NCBI GenBank assembly: GCA_034670305.1
Contig: JAXMNT010000046.1
Location: 1-59,341 of the forward strand
Reading direction: 5' to 3'
From: Deltaproteobacteria bacterium
GTDB taxonomy: Bacteria > Myxococcota_A > Polyangia > Polyangiales > Houyiibacteriaceae
Length of the DNA: 59,341 nt
Shown here: positions 49,534 to 59,341 of the stretch, piece by piece
Numbering within the stretch: position 1 is the first letter of the stretch
How the letters are laid out: each line of letters begins with the position of its first letter
Made by a program: the position numbers and the translations under genes
The notes under the pieces: model-generated
Database searches by the model: none
What the model was told of the DNA's origin: nothing
What the model saw: the letters and a program-made list of their open reading frames with translations, nothing else

Positions 49534-50565
49534 TCACCACTTGCCGTCGAGGGCATCGAGCACCTTCTTGACGAAGGGCACGCCGACCGGCTCGTCGTCT
49601 TGGAGCGGCAGGGTGCTCTTCTCGGTGTCGATGTGCTTCACGCTCTTGACGGACGCGAGCGGACCGGGCGTCGCGTGCGTGGGCATGTGATCGTCGTAGA
49701 GGTCGAACCACGGCAGCCCGTGTTTCGCGTACGTCTTCGCGGTGACCGGTGTCTTCAGGGCCGCTTCGCCGGTGATCTCGCTCCACTGCATGGCGTCGAC
49801 GATGTGTACGAAGACGCGACCGCTTCGGGTGACGTCCCACGTGCTCACGCCGTGGGGGTCCGGGTAGATCTTCTGCTTCATGCGGCCACCAGCAGCGACA
49901 CCCATCGAAGCGGACTTGCTGGCCCGCGCGCGACCGGCGGACGCCCCCGAAGGGCCGGCCATCGGCGCGGGTGCACAAGGCGCGCACGGGACTGGGCCTC
50001 CGCTCGAGCCGCCGAACGACGAGATGCTTCGGACCTGGGGCGGGGGCCGATGGAACCGACCGGGCTTCGGCTCGAACGCCATGAGCTGCAGTCCGCCCAC
50101 GCGTTCTTCGCCGGTGACCTGGCCTTCGACGGTGTAGCCCTGGCCAAGCGGCATCGCGACGAACTGACGAATGGTGCCGTGCCCGTTGTGGATGCCATCG
50201 AGCCACGGCTGCGGCGGCGTGACCACGTAGTCTTGCGGGCTCGTGCGCAGCGCGTCGCTCCAGGGCTGGCCGGTGAGCGCGCAGACCTTGCCGACGCCCA
50301 CCTTGAGCGCGAACGGTTTCCACGCAGGGCCAGAGAAGCTCAGCCACATGGCCTCGCGTTGAAATAGCGGTAGGAAAACGCCGCCCTTGTCGAGCCACTC
50401 GCGCGGCACGGTGTCTGCGTAGTCGGAGACCTTGCGGACTGGGAGGGCGCCGAGGCCGGGCGGCAGCGGGTAGGCGCGGCCGTCGTCCGGAATGCGGAGC
50501 GTGCGCTGGAAGGTGATGCTGAGTTCGCCGAAGTGAAGGGCGGTCTGGTCGTTGTGAAAGGTCAT
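49534..50565 (-). CDS. conserved hypothetical protein
   Basis: 343 aa; FQRTLRIPDD, LPPGLG, QREAMW, QPWLDG, RQFVAMPLG.GYTVE.Q.TG, GGRMKQKIYPD. Confidence 0.75.
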   Translation of the reverse strand: MTFHNDQTALHFGELSITFQRTLRIPDDGRAYPLPPGLGALPVRKVSDYADTVPREWLDKGGVFLPLFQREAMWLSFSGPAWKPFALKVGVGKVCALTGQPWSDALRTSPQDYVVTPPQPWLDGIHNGHGTIRQFVAMPLGQGYTVEGQVTGEERVGGLQLMAFEPKPGRFHRPPPQVRSISSFGGSSGGPVPCAPCAPAPMAGPSGASAGRARASKSASMGVAAGGRMKQKIYPDPHGVSTWDVTRSGRVFVHIVDAMQWSEITGEAALKTPVTAKTYAKHGLPWFDLYDDHMPTHATPGPLASVKSVKHIDTEKSTLPLQDDEPVGVPFVKKVLDALDGKW

Positions 50566-50609
50566 CTCGGTTGTCCTGTTTGGGTGGTCCCTTGCGGGTC
50601 GATTCCCAT

Positions 50610-50636
50610 GACGAGACCTGAACCCGCGCTGTCACA
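50610..50636 (-). promoter_or_regulatory. putative ECF-sigma promoter of the hypothetical gene
   Basis: TGTGACA-N16-CGTC on the minus strand. Confidence 0.5.
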
Positions 50637-50701
50637 CGTCTGGACAAACTTTCTTGCAAACCTCTGTAAACACTCGGGTTTTATGGCTCTCGTACTTTCT
50701 C

Positions 50702-50727
50702 TGTGACAAACCCGAGGCTCGTCCGTC
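50702..50727 (+). promoter_or_regulatory. putative autoregulatory ECF-sigma promoter
   Basis: TGTGACA-N15-CGTC on the plus strand. Confidence 0.45.
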
Positions 50728-50763
50728 CGCGGGTTGGGCTGCGGGGGTCGGAGGCTGTGGCCT

Positions 50764-51690
50764 ATGCTCCGGGCGTTGGACGAGACCGAGTTCAGTGCCG
50801 CGTTGGATCGCGGCGACACGCGTGCGGCGACGACCTGGCTCGTCCGGGCGTACGCCACCGATGTGCTCTCGCTCTGCCGATCGCTCGTGCGGGACGAAGC
50901 GCTCGCCGAGGACCTTGCCCAGGACGTGTTCGCGAAAGCGCTCGCGGGGCTCTCGAGTTTTCGCGGCGAGTCTTCCCCCCGGCGATGGCTGATGTCGATC
51001 GCGCGCAACCACTGCCTGGACGCGTTGCGGCGCGGCACGAAGCGGCCGTGGGAACTCGGCGACGAGGATTCGGTGAGCGAGACGGTGGACCCAGCGCCCA
51101 TCGGCGCCGACCTGTTGATGGATCGAGACGAGGTCGCGGCGGCGCTCGCGTCGCTCGACGAAGCATCGCGGGCGATGGTGGTGCTCCGGTTTCGACACGG
51201 CCTCGGGTACCCGGAGCTCGCGGACGCGTTTCAGGTGAAAGAGGGCGCGGTGCGCATGCGCATCAGTCGCGCGCTGGCGCGGATGCGGATCGCGCTCGAA
51301 CAACCCTTGGCGGTGCGTTCGATCTCTGGTCCCTCGGGTGCGCGGGCTTCCCGTGCGCGCAGCCCGATGCCGGTACCGTCCGCCCCGCCGGCGCCCGCAC
51401 CGGCCGCACCGCCAAGCCCATCTGCGCCCAGTCCCGCAGCGCCTGAATCGGGCGGTGGCCTGCCACCTCCCGCGGTCCCCCAAGTGCCTCGATCCGCGCC
51501 GGCCGCACCTGGGCCGATGGGCGCGCCGCCTCCGATGGGTGCGCCGCCTCCGATGGGTGCGCCGGCGTCCACGGGGTTTGGCAGGCGCGTCTCGACTTTC
51601 GGCGCGGTGCTCGGCCGTTTGGACGCACCTGCCTCCGCGACCTTCTTGCAGCGGCTCGAAGCGTTCGTGCTTAACGCAGAGCCCACCTGA
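50764..51690 (+). CDS. ECF RNA polymerase sigma factor with Pro-rich C-terminal extension
   Basis: AEDLAQDVF, WL.SIARN.CLD..RR (region 2), Y.ELA......GAVRMRISRA (region 4). Confidence 0.92.
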   Translation: MLRALDETEFSAALDRGDTRAATTWLVRAYATDVLSLCRSLVRDEALAEDLAQDVFAKALAGLSSFRGESSPRRWLMSIARNHCLDALRRGTKRPWELGDEDSVSETVDPAPIGADLLMDRDEVAAALASLDEASRAMVVLRFRHGLGYPELADAFQVKEGAVRMRISRALARMRIALEQPLAVRSISGPSGARASRARSPMPVPSAPPAPAPAAPPSPSAPSPAAPESGGGLPPPAVPQVPRSAPAAPGPMGAPPPMGAPPPMGAPASTGFGRRVSTFGAVLGRLDAPASATFLQRLEAFVLNAEPT

Positions 51691-51742
51691 GCCCATGCTT
51701 CACCTTCTTCCCAACCCTGCCGATCGAACGGCCACCTGACCC

Positions 51743-52600
51743 ATGGGACTCATCACCGAAGTTCAGGCGGGCCCGTACCGCGTGCGCGGCGTCTCGCTCG
51801 GCGGCGTCTACACGTCGATCCAGATCCCGGAGCTCGGGGTGCTGCTGGACGTGGGTCTGCCGATGCGCGCGTTCGCGTCCTCGGACCACATCTTCATCAG
51901 CCATGGGCACGGCGACCACATCGGTTCGCTCCCAGCGCTGCTTGGCATCCGGGGCCTCCTCAGTGGCAAGAAGCCTCCGAAGGTCTACCTCCCGGAACCG
52001 ATCGTCGACACGCTGCTCGCGGCGCTTGCGCAGATGTCGAAGATGCAGCGCTACGAACTCGCGATCGATCCGGTGCCGATGGCGGCGGGCACCGAGGTGC
52101 GTTTGCGGAGCGACCTCTTCGCGCGCGCGTTCAAGACCCACCACCCGGTGCCCTCACTCGGCTACCTGTTCTTCGACCGGGTCGAGAAACTCCGCGACGA
52201 GTTCAAGAACCTACCCGGCGCCGAGATCGGCCGCCGCCGCAAAGCCGGTGAAGATCTCTTCGACCGCGAAGAACGTCTCGAAGTGGCCTACGCCACCGAC
52301 ACCCTGGTCCGCGTGCTCGACACCGCCCCGGAGATCCGAAACGCCCGCGTGCTCATCCTCGAGTGTACGTTCCTCGACGAACGCAAGACGCTCGAGACCG
52401 CACGCGCCGGTTGCCACATCCACCTCGACGAGCTGCTCGAGATCGCCGACTCGTTCGAGAACGAACACGTCGTGCTCATGCACTTCTCGCAGATCTACAA
52501 ACCGAGCGAAGTGCACGAGATCCTCGCCAAACGCTGCCCGCCGGGTTTGAAAGAAAAACTTGTCGTCTTCGCGCCGAAGCGCGGCCCCTGGCCGGGGTAG
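51743..52600 (+). CDS. MBL-fold hydrolase, RNase Z (TM-type)-like
   Basis: [30 protein letters not shown]. Confidence 0.85.
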   Translation: MGLITEVQAGPYRVRGVSLGGVYTSIQIPELGVLLDVGLPMRAFASSDHIFISHGHGDHIGSLPALLGIRGLLSGKKPPKVYLPEPIVDTLLAALAQMSKMQRYELAIDPVPMAAGTEVRLRSDLFARAFKTHHPVPSLGYLFFDRVEKLRDEFKNLPGAEIGRRRKAGEDLFDREERLEVAYATDTLVRVLDTAPEIRNARVLILECTFLDERKTLETARAGCHIHLDELLEIADSFENEHVVLMHFSQIYKPSEVHEILAKRCPPGLKEKLVVFAPKRGPWPG

Positions 52601-52606
52601 GGGGCA

Positions 52607-52846
<240 letters not shown>

Positions 52847-52880
52847 TCGGAGGCGAATCCGCTCCGAAGGAGAGGATGAG

Positions 52881-53025
52881 CTGTAGCTGTAGCTGTAGCT
52901 GTAGCTGTAGCTGTAGCTGTAGCTGTAGCTGTAGCTGTAGCTGTAGCTGTAGCTGTAGCTGTAGCTGTAGCTGTAGCTGTAGCTGCCGCTGCCGCTGCCG
53001 CCGCCGCTGCCGCTGCCTCTGCCCC
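52881..53025 (+). repeat. (CTGTAG)x17 perfect, then CTGCCG units
   Basis: read directly; preceded by TCCGAAGGA at 52863-52871. Confidence 0.95.
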
Positions 53026-53158
53026 GTGTCACACCCATCCGGTAGTCTCCCGGCGCTCACGGGTCCGTGCGCCCATTCCCCACCTTCCGGCCCCTTCTCC
53101 CCACCCCGGCCGATGACCCCGGGCCCGCTCCCTTGCGGGCTGCTATGAGGCTCCCCTG

Positions 53159-56200
<3,042 letters not shown>

Positions 56201-56215
56201 CCAGGCGGCTCGGTC

Positions 56216-56602
56216 TCAGTCGGTCAGGGCGCCTTCGATGCGGGCGAGGGCGGCTTCTTCTTGTTCGCGCAGGTGCCCGTCGGCGACGATCGCGATCTGG
56301 GCGGCGCGGAAGATGAGGTCGTGGCGGCGGCACTTGCGCAGCACGGCCAGACACACGAACCAGCCTTGTTCGGGATCGTCGAGCACGCCCTGGGCGAGTT
56401 TGCGGAATGCGTTCTCGAGGCCGAGGTCGGTGGCGCGGGCGAGCGCGGGGTCTTCTTTGACCACCTGCATGAACCGGTCGATCTCGGACTCGGCCAAGTC
56501 GCGGTCCGCGGTGGCCACAAGCGCGAAGGCCGCGGCGACGGCGCGGACGAGCTCGTCGTCGAGCGCGTTCTTCAACTCTTCCCAATCGATCGGCTTGGTC
56601 AT
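56216..56602 (-). CDS. TerB-like (tellurite resistance family) protein
   Basis: ALVATAD..L..SE, IAIVADG.L...EE..L.RI. Confidence 0.75.
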   Translation of the reverse strand: MTKPIDWEELKNALDDELVRAVAAAFALVATADRDLAESEIDRFMQVVKEDPALARATDLGLENAFRKLAQGVLDDPEQGWFVCLAVLRKCRRHDLIFRAAQIAIVADGHLREQEEAALARIEGALTD

Positions 56603-56626
56603 CGGTTGCAGGGTATACCGTGCGTC

Positions 56627-57490
56627 ATGGAACACGTCGTCACTTCTCCCCGACCGCCGTTTCGCACCGCTTCGGGCGCGCTCGAGATCCATCAGGTGCC
56701 TTCGTTCCGGGACAACCTCATCTGGCTCCTGGTTTGCACGAAGACCGGCGCCGCCGCCGCCATCGATGGACCCGAAGCGAAGTCCGCGCTCGCGTACTGC
56801 GAGACGCATGGCATCGAGCTCGGCGCGGTGTTCAACACCCACACGCACCCGGACCACATCGGCATCAACTTCGGGCTCGTGAAGTCCGTGCCGTCGCTGC
56901 GCGTGGCGGGCGCGAAGACCCGTGCGAAAGAGATCCCTGGATTGACGGAAGGGCTGCAGGCGGGCGACACGCTGACGCTCGGCGCGTCGACCGGTCGGGT
57001 CTTGCTCACCGAAGGCCACATCGACGACCACCTCTCGTTCGTGTTCGAAGACGTGGTGTTCTGTGGCGACACCATGTTCGGTGCGGGGTGCGGCTACCTC
57101 TTCGACGGGCCACCGGCGAAGATGATGGGCAGCCTCGCGCAGCTCGCGGAACTCGAGGGCTCGACCCGGGTCTGCTGCGCGCACGAGTACACCGAGGACA
57201 ACCTGCGCTTCGCGTGGAGCGTCGAACCGGACAACGACGCATTGGCCGCCCGCATCCGCGACACGTGGGCGTTGCGCGCGCGGGGGGAGTGTTCGGTGCC
57301 CTCCACGATCGAGACCGAGCGGGCCACGAATCCCTTTCTCCGTCACCACAGCGCGACGTTGCGGGGCCGGGTCGCGGCCGCGTTTCCAGACCAGACGTTG
57401 AAAACCGACCTCGACTTCTTTGCTGCCACGCGAGCGCTCAAAGACCGCAAAGACCACCAGGCCCTGACCGACGCGGACCTGCCTCTCTGA
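56627..57490 (+). CDS. gloB: hydroxyacylglutathione hydrolase (glyoxalase II)
   Basis: DNLIW, THTHPDHIG, GDTMF.AGCG, C.HEYT..NL.FA, PSTI..ER.TNPFLR. Confidence 0.9.
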   Translation: MEHVVTSPRPPFRTASGALEIHQVPSFRDNLIWLLVCTKTGAAAAIDGPEAKSALAYCETHGIELGAVFNTHTHPDHIGINFGLVKSVPSLRVAGAKTRAKEIPGLTEGLQAGDTLTLGASTGRVLLTEGHIDDHLSFVFEDVVFCGDTMFGAGCGYLFDGPPAKMMGSLAQLAELEGSTRVCCAHEYTEDNLRFAWSVEPDNDALAARIRDTWALRARGECSVPSTIETERATNPFLRHHSATLRGRVAAAFPDQTLKTDLDFFAATRALKDRKDHQALTDADLPL

Positions 57491-57506
57491 CGGTGGGGGG
57501 GTCGGC

Positions 57507-57739
57507 GCCGGACTCGGGACTCGGCTTTGGGTTCGGCTTCAGGAGTCAGGTAGAGACAGCAACAGGGGCAGGGACCAGAGACAGCGGCAGGCAGCGGCAG
57601 CGGCAGCGACAGCGACAGGACAGCGACAGGACAGCGACAGCGGCAGCGGCAGCGACAGCGACAGCGGCAGCGGCAGCGGCAGCGACAGCGGCAGAAGCAG
57701 AAGCAGAAGCAGAAGCAGCAACAGCAACAGCAACAGCCT
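57507..57739 (-). repeat. imperfect hexamer array (CAGCGG/CAGCGA/CAGAAG/CAGCAA on +, CTGNNN on -)
   Basis: read directly; minus-strand TCCGAAGGA at 57749-57757 precedes it. Confidence 0.92.
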
Positions 57740-57818
57740 GTAGCCTCTTCCTTCGGAAATCGGCTCCCTTCAATCCTCCGGATTTCGGGAACACCCCAAT
57801 TGTCTGGGGGGGGTTCTG

Positions 57819-57966
57819 GCTCGGCGGCAATTTCATCGTGGCGGAGTGCTCGGTCGCGTCAAGGGTGCCTTCGGCCCCAGCCTTCGGAAGGCTGGCTTCG
57901 CCCTGGACCCGCCCTGCGCTCTCCACCGGGGGCGCACGGGGTGCGCCGCCGAGCAATGTCGCTCTG
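57819..57966 (+). ncRNA. putative structured leader of four-helix-bundle gene B
   Basis: outer stem GTGGCGGAGTGC/GCGCTCTCCAC, TCAAGGG/CCCTGGA, GCCTTCGGC, CCAGCCTTC-G-GAAGGCTGG, GGCGCAC-GGG-GTGCGCC; also a 10-bp IR GCTCGGCGGC/GCCGCCGAGC. Confidence 0.55.
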
Positions 57967-57990
57967 GTGTGTGGCGCGTTGGAGGCTCTG

Positions 57991-58302
57991 ATGATTGTTC
58001 TCGAATCTAGTTTTGTTCTCGTTGGTGAGTTGCGCGGACTGTTGGCTCAAGTTTCTCGCAAGGACCGTTCGCTCGCGGAGCAGATGCGGCGGGCGGCGCA
58101 GTCCGTCTGTCTGAACTGCGCGGAAGCGAAGAACGCGCGGGGCAAGCGGAGCGTCGATCGATTCTCCATTGCCTACGGTGAGGCCAGTGAACTGAAGGCG
58201 GCTCTTCGGTTGGTGCGGCTGTTTCGGTACGCGGAGGTTGGCGAGGAGGTCGAGCGACGCTGCGATGAGGTTTGCGCGATGCTGTATCGGCTCAGTCGGT
58301 AG
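57991..58302 (+). CDS. four-helix-bundle protein (23S rRNA-IVP/Avd-like), copy B
   Basis: RBS GGAGG at 57981-57985; [44 protein letters not shown]. Confidence 0.85.
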   Translation: MIVLESSFVLVGELRGLLAQVSRKDRSLAEQMRRAAQSVCLNCAEAKNARGKRSVDRFSIAYGEASELKAALRLVRLFRYAEVGEEVERRCDEVCAMLYRLSR

Positions 58303-58329
58303 TCGGCTGCGAGGCCCGCGCGAGTCGCT

Positions 58330-58750
58330 GGCCTCGGCTTCGGCCTCGGCTTCGGCCTCGGCTTCGGCCTCGGCTTCGGCTTCGGCTTCGGCCTCGGCTT
58401 CGGACTCGGCTTCGGCCTCGGCTTCGGCCTCGGCTTCGGCCTCGGCTTCGGCTTCGGCTTCGGCCTCGGCTTCGGCTTCGGCCTCGGCCTCGGCCAGCAG
58501 AGTCAGCAGCAGAGTCAGCAGCAGACACAGCGGCAGAGTCAGCAGCAGAGTCAGCAGCAGAGTCAGCAGCAGAGTCAGCAGCAGAGTCAGCAGCAGAGGT
58601 CAGCAGCGGAGTCAGCAGCGGAGTCAGCAGCGGAGTCAGCAGCGGAGTCAGCAGCGGAGTCAGCAGCAGAGTCAGCAGCAGAGTCAGCAGCAGAGTCAGC
58701 AGCAGACACAGCGGCAGCGGCAGCGGCAGAAGCAGCAACAGCAACAGCCT
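58330..58750 (-). repeat. compound array: (TCGGCY)x~27, then dodecamer AGTCAGCAGC(A/G)G, then CAGCGG/CAGCAA
   Basis: read directly; minus-strand TCCGAAGGA at 58760-58768 precedes it. Confidence 0.93.
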
Positions 58751-58828
58751 GTAGCCTCTTCCTTCGGAAATCGGCTCCCTTCAATCCTCCGGATTTCGGG
58801 AACACCCCAATTGTCTGGTGGGGCTCTG

Positions 58829-58976
58829 GCTCGGCGGCAATTTCATCGTGGCGGAGTGCTCGGTCGCGTCAAGGGTGCCTTCGGCCCCAGCCTTCGGAAG
58901 GCTGGCTTCGCCCTTGACCCGCCCTGCGCTCTCCACCGGGGGCGCACGGGGTGCGCCGCCGAGCAATGTCGCTCTG
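58829..58976 (+). ncRNA. putative structured leader of four-helix-bundle gene C
   Basis: as copy B, but with a perfect TCAAGGG (58869-58875) / CCCTTGA (58911-58917) stem. Confidence 0.55.
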
Positions 58977-59000
58977 GTGTGTGGCGCGTTGGAGGCTCTG

Positions 59001-59312
59001 ATGATTGTTCTCGAATCTAGTTTTGTTCTCGTTGGTGAGTTGCGCGGGGTGCTGGCGGCTGTTTCTCGCAAGGACCGTTCGCTGGGTGAGCAGATGCGGC
59101 GGGCGGCTCAGTCCGTTGTTCTGAACTGCGCGGAAGCGAAGAACGCTCGCGGGAAGCGGAGCGTGGATAGGTTTTCCATTGCTTACGGTGAGGCGAGCGA
59201 GCTGAAGGCGGCTCTTCGGTTGGTGCGGCTGTTTGGGTATGCCGAGGTTGGCGAGGAGGTGGTGCAGCGCTGCGATGAGGTTTGCGCGATGTTGTATCGG
59301 TTGAGTCGCTAG
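59001..59312 (+). CDS. four-helix-bundle protein (23S rRNA-IVP/Avd-like), copy C
   Basis: RBS GGAGG; 103 aa, 7 substitutions relative to copy B. Confidence 0.85.
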   Translation: MIVLESSFVLVGELRGVLAAVSRKDRSLGEQMRRAAQSVVLNCAEAKNARGKRSVDRFSIAYGEASELKAALRLVRLFGYAEVGEEVVQRCDEVCAMLYRLSR

Positions 59313-59341
59313 AGCGGCGCGAGGCCCGCGCGAGTCGCGGG

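Larger units (their letters stand above)
57737..59341 (+). repeat. tandem duplication of a ~1010-bp four-helix-bundle cassette (second unit runs off the window end)
   Basis: 57737-58329 aligns to 58748-59341; leader nearly identical, CDS diverged mainly at synonymous sites. Confidence 0.95.

Noticed and set aside
53026-53158. LexA/SOS box upstream of uvrA
   Set aside because: No convincing match to LexA operators I know
57737-59341. Diversity-generating retroelement (Avd-like gene plus two similar copies as TR/VR)
   Set aside because: No reverse transcriptase in the window; differences between copies are mostly synonymous and not adenine-specific; both copies are intact genes

Overview
High-GC (~70%) bacterial chromosome segment, most likely a myxobacterium: it has MYXO-CTERM proteins, a Ser/Thr kinase-PEGA module and Cys-rich/EGF surface proteins. 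The left ~26 kb is accessory-type DNA. It holds secreted lipoproteins (polysaccharide-lyase-like, Kelch-like and a diheme HzsA-like protein), an SDR/LysR module, a deleted ADP-ribosylglycohydrolase, and a low-GC AAA-ATPase + S8 protease pair (IetAS-like) just 3' of tRNA-Asn(GTT). The right ~33 kb has housekeeping and envelope genes (uvrA, gloB, RNase Z-like, M20 peptidase, a polysaccharide cluster, an ECF sigma), with long imperfect hexanucleotide arrays in many intergenic spaces. The most unusual signal is a recurrent cassette: a 103-aa four-helix-bundle gene (23S-IVP/Avd-like) in three copies. Each copy has a conserved multi-hairpin non-coding leader (TCAAGG...CCTKGACCCGCC) and adjoins hexamer arrays with a C-Y-G-N-N-N grammar. 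Five arrays start just after the same 9-mer, TCCGAAGGA. All product calls come from motif recognition by eye; no database search or folding program was run.
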